The notes under the pieces were generated by a model that made no database searches, was not told the origin of the DNA, and saw only the letters and a list, made by a program, of their open reading frames with translations. The position numbers and the translations under genes are program-made. Of a stretch of DNA of 64,000 nucleotides, positions 1 to 12,200 are shown piece after piece. The DNA is from Phoronis australis (taxonomy: Eukaryota; Animalia; Phoronida), in contig NMRA01000059.1 in the NCBI GenBank assembly GCA_002633005.1, positions 895,150 to 959,149 of the forward strand, read 5' to 3'. Numbering within the stretch: position 1 is the first letter of the stretch; every line of letters starts with the position of its first letter.

Positions 1-1597
1 GGATATGTTATGGTCGTAGAAGTTCCCCACAAATTGGTCAATTTCCTTTCGGCTCTCTTACTGTTGGGTATTTTAATTTCCCAGCCGTAAACTCCCCTTA
101 AAATATTGGAGGGTCTTCCAGGGCTTGACATAATATTTGTACCGTGAAGTGTACGCCGAACAATGGTATTCAAACGATAACCTAAAGTGAAAACTAAACA
201 GATCACTCACATTATTCAAACGTGAATGTATGAATGTACTGTTGACCGATCGAGAGTCTGGTGGAGATCAAATCTTTTGTGGTCTGAGCTAACAATGTGT
301 GTAAGCCAATTCTGTAGGATAATCCGCAGGTCTACATTATTTTCTCTGAATTTTTCGATGCCCAAGTTGATGATTAAAATACCAAGTATAATCCATAGGC
401 AGATTTATGGGGGGACCAGTGGCCGGTTGCATGAAACAGTCCCAAATAGGGACTCAACTAAGGCTCCTAAGTCTTTTCGCGTATTTGTGTCTTTATGGAC
501 TCGCAGATGCAATATTTTTCTATCATTCCATCTTTATTATGAACTCCTCTTTGATAAATGACATTTTCTAGTAATATAACTAAAAACTGAGCCCAGAGTT
601 AATTGAATATAAATAGGGACTCAGTACTTAAATTGGGGAGTGTTGCATGAAAATATCCCAATTTATTTTCAATAATATTGATAATTCAACATCGAGTTCA
701 CTTTCGATTTGTATCAAATAATAGACGAAACGTTGGTTTATCATGAACTTCTTCATTTGTGCAGCGATCGTCCGGTTTTTAATTTTATTTCAGGTAAGTG
801 CGTTTAGTGTTCTTTGCTGTTTGGAGATCGGGTGATAGATCGAATTTTCCCAATGCCAGCCTGCAACTAAGTTCACTGAAGCATCGTCATTTCTTACAGG
901 AATAGCTGAAAAATCATCTGAAAATCAGTCGATTTTCGTAGATGCATGAGCAGAAACCAACAGATTCGTTGTTTATCAAAACAGAATAAGTAATTCCCGA
1001 AGATATGCTTGAAGACTCTCGATTGGCAACTGAAGAGACCATGGGAGACGGGGCATCCCTAGGGGCTTGGGGGTCCCCCAATAAGTTTTCAGAATTTATT
1101 CATGCTTACGTGTATTTTTATTCTTCGCAGAGGTAGCTATTGCGGTTTTTTTTTAATTAAACTAACATAGCTGAAATCTTTGTTTACGATTGCCAGTACA
1201 TATAGATTTCTTTGAATACCTTAATTCATTAGACAAGTGCGCTCTAAACACCGTCATCAAAAATCCTAACCTCGACAGTATCTTAAACATGTTCGAGTTT
1301 CCTACAAACAATTCCTTGTAACTATTTTCAAAAGAATTAGTTTTATAAATGATATTATGGGGAAAAGTATGGACATGCTATAGTTATAAAACCATAGGAA
1401 ATGTCACTATTGTGTAATTCACAAAAAGTGAACCTCTCTAGTTCTGTAAATGTCCCGCCTTTCTATGGCGGTCCGTACTGACTTATTTTTCAAAACAATC
1501 GTTTTAAGAGTGACTACGTTTAAAAACCAACAGGTAGAATCTATACCCAAAATCACATATTTTTGGGACTGAGCACATGGTTTGGGGATATGTATGT

Positions 1598-1825
1598 AAA
1601 AAATAATTGCAGGTGGTCTGATACACGTTGTACCAGACGTGCGCAGGCCTCACATGTGGGCCCATTGCACTGATCACCTGGACCCATTTTTGTGTTTTGT
1701 GGTTAAAACCGAACTGAGGAGCTAGAAACCTGGCTCAAGGGTTTAGCTGTGTGACCTAGTGTGACTCGAACCCACGACCTCGAGTAAAGAAGCCGGGCAC
1801 TTATCAACCAGGCCACACAGCCCCC
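1598..1825 (-). mobile_element. tRNA-derived SINE
   Basis: Reverse complement starts ggggctgtgtggcctggttgataag (A box) ... ggttcgagtc (B box), T-rich tail; further copies at 3920-4148 and 34923-35139. Confidence 0.85.
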
Positions 1826-2260
1826 TCTATTGGTGAGATGTAGAAAAACATTTCGCTTTTTAAGAATTTTCCTCCATTATCTCTCTAGCTGCTGTACTTC
1901 CATCATGAATTTCACTAGATTTTATTGTGAACTGATAACAAATGATACGGTTTGAAAGGACTATAATTGAATAATTTAATGTCATAACTTTCAAAATTCA
2001 TTTTCAAATTTGTATGTTTTGATTTTGTGTAGCAAAAATGGCTATTTTGCAGGTTTTTACTGAAGCCATTTTCGGCCAAATTTGGTACTCTGTAGCAGCC
2101 ATATTGCACCTTTCCAAAAACTGACCTTACGATAATTTGTTTAGTCACCCCTAACCTGTTCATAATCTAGAATTAAAAACTCATGCCTCTCCAGTAGTTT
2201 TTGCTTGCGAAGCATTACACGAACTGTACATCGTCCTATTAGTCCTACTGCTTTTGTTGT

Positions 2261-2335
2261 TGAGGGCCCTCTTAGAAAGCAGTGCTATCACTGAAGAGGT
2301 CACCCTTATTTCAAATATCACAATAAATAAATAAT
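2261..2335 (+). mobile_element. Probable LINE 3' tail fragment (second copy ~4592-4666)
   Basis: gagggccctctt..aagaggtcaccct stem-loop followed by (aata)n. Confidence 0.4.
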
Positions 2336-3919
2336 TAGCCTGTACTCAGTTGCCTCAATCACCAATAGGGGCTCTTGGAACATGTAACTAGTTTGCAAAA
2401 CACGACGTAAAAAGCTTGAATTTTATAAAAAAAGCAGACAGCATTACTAAGTGCCATTCTCTGAAAACCATCTTACTTTGATTTTATTGCTTATAACAAA
2501 ACTTATGTGCATAAATTGTGACTAGTATGCTTCGTCTAAATAATAGATGGCGCCGCTGTTTGTTTACATGGACACTGTAGACGCCACTAGAAATCTTGCT
2601 CATGTATTTTTTCTTCGTTGTGAAAGCGATTAACATAGGAGGGGGGAGGGGAACCGAGGGGGCTGTGGCCCTCTGTTCAGTGCAAACAAAGTTCTTCAAC
2701 TCGGTCAATACTCATTGTAACTTTGTGCTCATATTCTAATGTCCCTGCAGATTGCTACAAATTTAAGTCCCACCCGGTCGTGACGTTTGCAAAGCGTGAA
2801 ATAAAACATTGGAAGCAGGACTGATGGCAGAATCAAGGAAACATCCCAATAGAGAAATGTGGATTCGACGGTCTCCCCTCCCCCCACACAAGGGCGATAC
2901 CATTGTGTTCTTCTACACAGCAACTACTGTGGTGCAGATGTTATAAATGACTCGGTCATAAAACGAGACTCTCACCTGAACCCACAGCAAAAAGATTTCC
3001 AAACTGAGCCAATATTCGTGAAATGTCAACACCTCGTTCAGGTTTTCTTGTGGAACATCTTTGGCGTTCAGGGTACAGACGATCTGCTTGGGTGAAAACT
3101 GGGAGCAAATGCTCTTCGGTGAACTTCGCATATGATTTGACTCCACGGCTGGTCCTGCTCAAGTCACAAATTTACCTATTGTCGCTAGCAGGAACTCATA
3201 CTCTGGCACTGGCCTTGATTTATGAGGTATTTTACAGCATCTCAGTTGTTCTGAGCTGTCTAATAGCATGACTGGCTGCAGCCACAAAGCTTTCGTGGTC
3301 GCACTTTTCCGATGAAAATTCTTTAAACGAAAAGGAAGGACCTTCGTTTTCCATTTTATCTTTAAGCGCATGATAAGCGCATGATAAGCGTATGATANCC
3401 CCAATAAGTTTTCAGAATTTATTCATGCTTACGTGTATTTTGATTCTTCGCAGAGGTAGCTATTGCGGTTTTTTTTAATTAAACTAACATAGCTGAAATC
3501 TTTGTTTACGATTGCCAGTACATATAGATTTCTTTGAATACCTTAATTCATTAGATAAGTGCGCTCTAAACACCGTCATCAAAAATCCTAACCTCGACAG
3601 TATCCTAAACATGTTCGAGTTTCCTACAAACAATTCCTTGTAACTATTTTCAAAAGAATTAATTTTATAAATGATATTATGGGGAAAAGTATGGACATGC
3701 TATAGTTATAAAACCATAGGAAATGTCACTATTGTGTAATTCACAAAAAGTGAACCTCTCTAGTTCTGTAAATGTCCCGCCTTTCTATGGCGGTCCGTTT
3801 TGATTTATTTTTCAAAACAATCGTTTTAAGAGTGACTACGTATAAAAACCAACAGGTAGAGTCTATACCCAATATCACATATTTTTGGGACTGAGCACAT
3901 GGTTTGGCGATATGTATGT

Positions 3920-4148
3920 AAAAAATAATTGCAGGCGGTCTGATACACGTTGTACCAGACGTGCGCAGGCCTCACATGTGGGCCCATTGCACAGATCACC
4001 TGGACCCACTTTTGTGTTTTTGTGGTTAAAACCGAACTGAGGAGCTAGAAACGTGGCTCAAGGGTTTAGCTGTGTGACCTAGTGTGACTCGAACCCACGA
4101 CCTCCAGTAAAGAAGCCGGGCACTTATCAACTAGGCCACACTGCCCCT
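3920..4148 (-). mobile_element. tRNA-derived SINE (copy within the duplication)
   Basis: Near-identical to 1598-1825. Confidence 0.85.
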
Positions 4149-7100
4149 TCTCTTGGTGAGATGTAGAAAAAAAATTCGCTTTTTTAAGAATTTTCCTCCA
4201 TTATCTCTCATTTTAAGAGCTGCTGTACTTCCATCATAAATTTCACTAGATTTTATTGTGAGCTGATAACAAATGATACGGTTTGAAAGGACTATAATTG
4301 AATAATTTAATGTCATAACTTTCAAAATTCATTTTCAAATTTGTATGTTTTGATTTTGTGTAGCAAAAATGGTTATTTTTCAGGTTTTCATTGAAGCCAT
4401 TTTCGGCCAAATTTGGCACTCTGTAGCAGCCATATTGCACCTTTCCAAAAACTGAACTTACGATAATTTGTTTAGTCACCCCTAACCTGTTCATAATCTA
4501 GAATTAAAAACTCATGCCTCTCCAGTAGTTTTTGCTTGCGAAGCATTACACGAACTGTACATCGTCCTATTAGTCCTACTGCTTTTTTTGTTGAGGGCCC
4601 TCTTGGAAAGCAGTGCTATCACTGAAGAGGTCACCCTCATTTTAAATATCACAATAAATAAATAATTAGCCTGTACTCAGTTGCCTCAATCACCAATAGA
4701 GGGCTCTTGGAACATGTAACTAGTTTGCAAAACACGACGTAAAAAGCTTGAATTTTAGAAAAAAGCAGACAGCATTACTAAGTGCCATTCTCTGAAAACC
4801 ATCTTACTTTGATTTTATTGCTTACAACAAAACGTATGTGCATAAATTGTGACTAGTATGCTTCGTCTAAATAATAGATGGCGCCGCTGTTTGTTTACAT
4901 GGACACTGTAGACGCCACTAGAAATCTTGCTCATGTATTTTTTCTTCGTTGTGAAAGCGATTAACATAGGAGGGGGGAGGGGAACCGAGGGGGCTGTGGC
5001 CCTCTGTTCAGTGCAAACAAAGTTCTTCAACTCGGTCAATACTCATTGTAACTTTGTGCTCATATTCTAATGTCCCTGCAGATTGCTACAAATTTAAGTC
5101 CCACCCGGTCGTGACGTTTGCAAAGCGTGAAGTAAAACATTGGAAGCAGGACTGATGGCAGAATCAAGGAAACATCCCAATAGAGAAATGTGGATTCGAC
5201 GGTCTCCCCTCCCCCCACACAAGGGCGATACCATTGTGTTCTTCTACACAGCAACTACTGTGGTGCAGATGTTATAAATGACTCGGTCATAAAACGAGAC
5301 TCTCACCTGAACCCACAGCAAAAAGATTTCCAAACTGAGCCAATATTCGTGAAATGTCAACACCTCGTTCAGGTTTTCTTGTGGAACATCTTTGGCGTTC
5401 AGGGTACAGACGATCTGCTTGGGTGAAAACTGGGAGCAAATGCTCTTCGGTGAACTTCGCATATGATTTGACTCCACGGCTGGTCCTGCTCAAGTCACAA
5501 ATTTACCTATTGTCGCTAGCAGGAACTCATACTCTGGCACTGGCCTTGATTTATGAGGTATTTTACAGCATCTCAGTTGTTCTGAGCTGTCTAATAGCAT
5601 GACTGGCTGCAGCCACAAAGCTTTCGTGGTCGCACTTTTCCGATGAAAATTCTTTAAACGAAAAGGAAGGACCTTCGTTTTCCATTTTATCTTTAAGCGC
5701 ATGATAAGCGCATGATAAGCGCATGATAAGCGCATGATACCCTCAAAATCAGTCTCTACAAATGACAGTTCTTACGATTTCAAGCTTCAAAAGCATTTAT
5801 TTCCATTACAGAATTTTAAAATTAATGTCAAAGAAATGATAATGGACGAAAACAAGAGGATTAGATGTATACGTTATTACATATCCTCAAACCTAATGTC
5901 AACTGAATCACTGGGCAAAGGTCATCGGGTTCAGTTTTGATACTGACGGCGCAATACATCCAGAAAACAACTTGTTTTTATTTGAAAGAGCATAGAGAAC
6001 TTGATTTTTATAACAATTTAAAGCAGAATGCTTGTTCAAAATTTCGTTCAAATGGTCTGTAAATTCTGCTCATCATTTCCAAAATAGACAGTTTTAAAAG
6101 ACAATTTTTACTGAAATATAAAGTTGAAGCAAGATATTTTTGCTCAATCATCAACAAAGATTCACTCTTTGGATGTATGTTCAAGAAGTTACAAATGGCG
6201 GGAAAAGGACCACACTAAAATTAGCTATGAAAAGCGGTTTGTGAATTATCTCCCCTGTCTGGCACAAAGCTGTCAAATTTGAATAAATGCTAAATAATTA
6301 TGTACAGTACACATTGGTTATTCCAGCCACTAAAGTACAGTTTTCAATCTATTCTGTAAGTTATTCAATTTTCCTTGCTGAAAACTTAATTTTGGAGACG
6401 GCTAATATGACCAATTGTTCCTGCTTCAAATTAGGGGTCATTGAGTGCACAAAATATGGCATTTAGATTTTTGTTAGGATACCTATTCATGTACAAAAAA
6501 TGAAGTTGTTTTGAAATTTGACGTTTAGACTGATTTTTGAAAATTTACTGGTTTTTTATATGGACTGCCTCTTAATTATTTTGACTGAATGTCTTGATAT
6601 TGCTGTGCTTTTCACAAGCATGTCTTGTATTTTTAGAGATTGGAATACTATATTCTTCACCTCACGAATAGTTGACAGTGCCAAATTTATATAAGCCCAA
6701 AAAGTGGCAATTATCCACGGCCGCCCCTTCTAGGGAGGACCCCGTCTGAAAGGGGAACCCATATGGAAGACTAAGTGTCATTAAACATGTAAAACAGTGA
6801 CAGCATACAATAAAAAATAATAATAAAAGTGACATAGCTTCCTCAAAATAAAAGCTATGATTTCACAAAAACACCAAAACAGGCAATTGATTCCCATGAG
6901 TAATGCGTTAACTTTGATTTATTGACATAATTCTCCTGTTTGTGAGTTTATGCTACATATCCAAGTCAAAACAATGCTTTTATTGTCATTTGAAATGTGA
7001 GCATATTTTTGGGATACCCTGTAAAACTGTATGAATTTCATCATGTCTTTGAAAATTATATTAGATAGGCAAAAATCATCAAAGTGTACTTTGCTATCTG

Positions 7101-7599
7101 GGGATCAGATCATAGAAATTTTATCAACTTCATGCGGCAACTAACTTAACTGAAGCATTATCAAGATTACAAGATTAGCTTCTAGTTGTCAAAAAAGCAT
7201 CTATGAATCTGTTGATTTTTGTTGATACATAAACATGTAAATCAAAAACCAACTTATTAGTTTATCAAAACGGAATGTTATAAGCAATTTCTGAAGGCAC
7301 GCTGACCGACGCAGGTTTTGATGGCCAACCGGGGGAACATGGGAGACGGAGCACCCCACGGGGTTTGTGGGTTCCCGTGAAATTACATCATAAGAGCCAG
7401 TTAAGGGGAAAATTTAAGACAACGTGACAGATAATTTGAGGATTCTTTGTTGTGGTCGGGCAACTTAAAGTTTCCCTCGACATCAACATTTGATTTGCAT
7501 CGTTAAAGGGTTTGCATAACTAAGGATAATTACTACGGCCCGTAATTAATAATTTCAAAGTTGAATTTTTATACAAGATAGACAAACATCTTCAGATCT

Positions 7600-7860
7600 G
7601 GGGAGCGTTTTAAGAAAAGTGTCCCAAGACTTAAATGTAGTCTTACGCTCCACACGACTATTTTGGAGAATTAAGTAATTCTCACCTGCGCAGAAGAACA
7701 GAGTCACTGACAATATACCCATAACTGCTAGTTACTGTAGGAAAAAATCCATAATTATTTCTAGGCTAACATGCGCTAACGTTGATTGAGTAACGGTGAA
7801 GTGAGTGCTTAAGGCCAAATTTCTGACTTAAGCCTAAGATCATTTCTCATGAAGCAGACA
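7600..7860. mobile_element. Harbinger-like MITE
   Basis: Shares internal sequence (tcttacgc.ccacac, tgctagttactg) with 62458-62722; degenerate TIRs. Confidence 0.55.
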
Positions 7861-8288
7861 AACGCTTAACTACTTGAATTTCGTATACTTCACAACCATT
7901 ACGCTAAACCAAAAATGTTTTCGTATAGGCCTAAATGTGACGTTTTGTAACTTCAAAGCTGGCAATAAAGACATCATCATGTGTCCTGTGACCAGTCTAA
8001 TGTCACGATAATGTATTTATGACTGATTTTGAGGACGAATTCATGTTCTGTATTGGTAAGGGTGTCGAAAAATTACTGCTCGGAAATGGCGAACTTGACA
8101 TTTTACGTCGACAAAGCATAATGTGAACTTGGAGTGCGGGAAAAGATACGCGCATTCCTAATACACTTCACATTCACACGTGATGTATACCCAGTGAAAA
8201 TGTTTCAAAGCACATTCTTTTATCTGGCTTGTTTTAAACCATAAAACAACGGATCTCGTCAGATAAAGGCAATATCGTACAAAACGGC

Positions 8289-9263
8289 ATGGACTTCAGA
8301 CTACTTCAGAAAAAAGTATCAACTGAAAATTTAGAACCATCTTCGACTAAGGATAATAGAATTCGGAAACATTCTCAGGTAAATGTCATCACGCAAAGCG
8401 GAGAATGCAGCTCAAAGAATGTTGAGAATGATCATCTGTCATTGCGGTCCTTCAGCGACGAATCGCCAGCCTGCGTAGGTTACTCGGTAGTGAATTCCAT
8501 CACTCCTCAACAGTCAGCGAGCGTGACATCTGCGACTTCAGTCTGCAGAATATGTCAACTCGACAAACAGGAATCGAGCGAGCCTTTGCTGGTGACGAAT
8601 TGCGCGTGTCAAGGGTCCGTCAAATCCGTTCACAAAACCTGCCTCGTGAAGTGGATATGCACCCAGAAGTCGTCGACGTGCGAGCTATGCGGTCTAGAAT
8701 TGTTACCACCGGAGAAACTTAGCGATCTTGTACCACGACGATACACCAGACAGAACACCAACCGACAAAACCGCGCTCGCTTCCTCACATCGAACCTCAT
8801 CCAACTTCCCCGGGTACCACACTTTGTACACGACAGAAGAATACGATTCCATCTGACGCCTCGCAAGCGGACCTGCATTGTGGCCTTCACCATTCTCCTG
8901 GTGACGCTTACCGGTATTTCTGGTTTCATGACGGACAAGACCTTCGATTCGTACAACTACATCCGCTCCAAGAATGACACGTCAGCAGAAGCAGTGCAGG
9001 ACGGGAAGTTCATGCTGGGTCTGTGTCTCTCCATTCTGGTGTTTTGCGCCACGCTCTTGTTAGCCAACGTGATCTTCTGGATCGTTGTCGAATGCTACAC
9101 GTGCCACAGGAGACGAGCTAACCGACGGAGTTTGCGTCTCCGTTTAGCAGCAGGATTCAACAGGGAACGAGGACCTTTCTCACCAACAGACCACTTCACC
9201 CGATACCGATCGACCTGGTACGACTATAATCCGTCAATGGATGACATTTTACACTGGATTTAG
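8289..9263 (+). CDS. Intronless RING-CH (MARCH-family) membrane E3 ubiquitin ligase, 324 aa
   Basis: C4HC3 RING-CH: CRIC..NCACQGSVKSVHKTCLVKW..CELC, followed by two hydrophobic TM helices (CIVAFTILLVTLTGISGFM; FMLGLCLSILVFCATLLLANVIFWIVV); uninterrupted ORF. Confidence 0.9.
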   Translation: MDFRLLQKKVSTENLEPSSTKDNRIRKHSQVNVITQSGECSSKNVENDHLSLRSFSDESPACVGYSVVNSITPQQSASVTSATSVCRICQLDKQESSEPLLVTNCACQGSVKSVHKTCLVKWICTQKSSTCELCGLELLPPEKLSDLVPRRYTRQNTNRQNRARFLTSNLIQLPRVPHFVHDRRIRFHLTPRKRTCIVAFTILLVTLTGISGFMTDKTFDSYNYIRSKNDTSAEAVQDGKFMLGLCLSILVFCATLLLANVIFWIVVECYTCHRRRANRRSLRLRLAAGFNRERGPFSPTDHFTRYRSTWYDYNPSMDDILHWI

Positions 9264-12200
9264 AAAAAGACTATTGTCTGTTATATCTATATTCTACACA
9301 AGTGTTACGAAATATCATAAAATGAAATATCCCGCATTTGGCACTGAAACATCCTACTTAAGTTTGTTCCTGAGGCTCTCAGAGTGAACAAAACACGGAA
9401 TGACACTATAATCAATCCGGCCAAAACTGTGTGTACTATTCCATAGCTTTGGTGCAAAGCTGCACACTAAATATAACGGATATGGGTAAAAAATGACAAC
9501 AAATTAGTATCGCTAAAAACTACACCCTTCCTTGAGTAAATTAAGTTATTAACCGGTGTTATAAAGATTGGCTCTTTACCGTTATTCTGATTCTAAATAT
9601 GTGGATTATTCTGATGTGTCGGCGCCGAGCACTTGTTGGCCAGTTTCTTTTTGGTGATTCGTCATTTCGTTGTAAGTTTTTAGCATTTTAATTCCTGTAA
9701 ATCGAATTTCAAAACAAACTTTGCTGTTGAGAAGATGTCATCAGCTCCCGAGAGCGGTTGCAAAAATTTTAGGAATTTTTTATTGCTACTCAAATAAATG
9801 ACAATACATTAAATACAAATATTTAGCCCCGAAAGCGAATCATTATGGCCAGGCTTTTAACTATGAAACAATTACTTATTGAAGCAAAACACATTGTTGA
9901 GCAAAATTACCAAAAGTACAGAAAACAAAAAGCAAGGAAATGGCGCGTGCGTGTTTGACGAGAGCACGTCTTTCGAAACGACGATCAACTTTTCTTTGTT
10001 ACAAAAGACGGAGAATTGACCTATCGCCAACCAACGGATTATGACTGACGGCTTAACTGAACAATCAGAATGCAGCATTCTTGGCACACCTTCGTCTGCG
10101 TTTACAAGACGCCATTTTACCTGACAAACAACACGTTGTCGTGTGAAAGTCATTTAAGTCTAAAGCTCAAGAAATTGTGCGATAAGAATTGTGAACCGGT
10201 GTTGATATGACGTGTATAATTCCGAAAACCGTTATGCAGCTGGAAAAGAACATCCCGTCATTATTTTGGCATCTCCTACGCCGAAACGTGACGTCGATAG
10301 ACCAAACTGTGTGAACGGCCATACGAGCAGCTGAACTTGACAATGTTGCTTCATTACTCGAAGGTTAAACACAAATATCTATTCCAAGATACGCACTTCT
10401 CAGTTTGGTAGCTATAGTGTAGGCCTATCTGATTTTGAGTTTCACTCGTCTGCGCCGCCTTTGTCTCGGCAACTGCTGGACCTCATCAATAGTCTAGCGG
10501 TATAGTTGCTTGATAGATTTTCATGAAATTTGGCAAACAGGTTTTTATTAAGGAGACGACGTAGTGACAATTTTTATATTTTCGAGTTCATTTTTAGCGT
10601 CCGTCTCTTTATCTGTCAAACTGCTCATTATGAATCGTAGCAGTTGTGTCCCTGATGACCACGGCTGGCGCTGATTTCCGGACTGGTCTGACACCTATGG
10701 CATCCCTTAGTGGTGATTTTTCTATTATTTGCAACCAGCTCCCAATTTTTTCAAGATGTTTGTGAACTTTTTCAAATGTTTTCCTATAGATGTGACAGAG
10801 GATCCCCACTACCTTTTGGCAGCTCTGACTGTGGCTTTTTGATCGAGTGAGAATTTTATTTTTTACCTTTACCTTTACATCTTCAGAGTTCCTGGATGTT
10901 TTTCATGAAATTTGACAAACAAGTTTCTATCATAAAGATGACAGTATCTTTCCAATGTGTGGTGGATTTTAGGTTTTCTGTGCTGTTTAATGACGTTTTT
11001 TATGAAAAAAGCACCACGAGCACACAATTTGCGGTGTTGCAGTCTTGGGCGCATTTCAATGCTCTTTTACGAGTTATATATTTTTAGATAGTTGTCGAAT
11101 TAAATGACACCTTGTCCGCCATGTTCTGCCCCAACTTGAATCTTTACAGTGTATATTTTATCTGATATATAGCGGTGTGGTTAAAGTGTGTATTCACTTA
11201 TCTTAAATAGGTGATGATACGACCGTGAAATTACTGTGTTATCACACCGTGAGCAACGTCAATGCTACTTTTCCGTATTTCTTTAGAGAAAATAACCTTG
11301 GCAGTGCCGAGAATTTCGGTATTTGGAGGGCTAAATCCATAATAATTACCGTAGAAGTTGAAACTTTTTTCGTTCTGCAGTAACACTCACTGTACTGGTG
11401 CTAGTGTCACGTAACAAGTGAAAACTCCTTCCAAATGACTATTGAACCAAATGTATAGCACAAATCATAACTTATCCCATACGCGTTGAATCTGTCGAGG
11501 GAAATACGGCCATGTAATAATATTCCGTATTCACCTCCCGCACTACTTCAACAGTGACCTCTGACATGGAAAGTTCAAAAGGTAGGTTCATGTCGGTTCG
11601 ACGTCGTTAGCCGGTTAGATCACCAAACTTTCGGAAAATGCTTTAAAGTAATACAATTGTAGCAGTGTAAAAAGCACTCAACATGCAACCAGGTCTCAAC
11701 CGTAATATCTGGAACAGGACTGTTAATTATATGGCAGTTCTGTCTCGGTTTTCATTTCCTAAATATATCGTCTGCAACTCAGGTGCCGATTCCTCGGTAA
11801 ATACAATATCAAATATTGTTGTTATTTAACTATTTTCAGAAGATGTTACAAGTTCAGTGCAAAGTTACCTTTGTTTTCATCTTTGATATCACTTTTCAAG
11901 TAAAAAATCGTTTCATTTGAAACTGTTTCTTTTGCTAGAGAAAACTTGCAACCTAACGCGCAAGCACATACATATAGGATGCGATCCGCCGTGAACAGTC
12001 AGAGTGAAGTATTTAATAAATCTGCTTAATAAATAAAAGAAATTTAGGAATTCGAAGCGTATGGGAAAAATACAAAACGTTCCTCGATTGGCGTTCGGTC
12101 TCAGTCGCTACGCGGAATAATGTCTCGTGAGATATTACTTCATCAACGCCAATCTCGGTAAGTTTTGTGCATTGATTCCCTGTGTAATTACTACACTGTG

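Larger units (their letters stand above)
1076..5738. repeat. Near-identical 2.3-kb tandem duplication (1076-3397 and 3399-5738), probably a haplotype assembly artefact
   Basis: ORFs recur at offset 2331; the junction is a single N at 3398; copies differ by scattered SNPs and small indels. Confidence 0.9.

Noticed and set aside
8630-8956. 108-aa antisense ORF within the MARCH gene
   Set aside because: Shadow ORF of a GC-richer coding strand with no recognisable motif.
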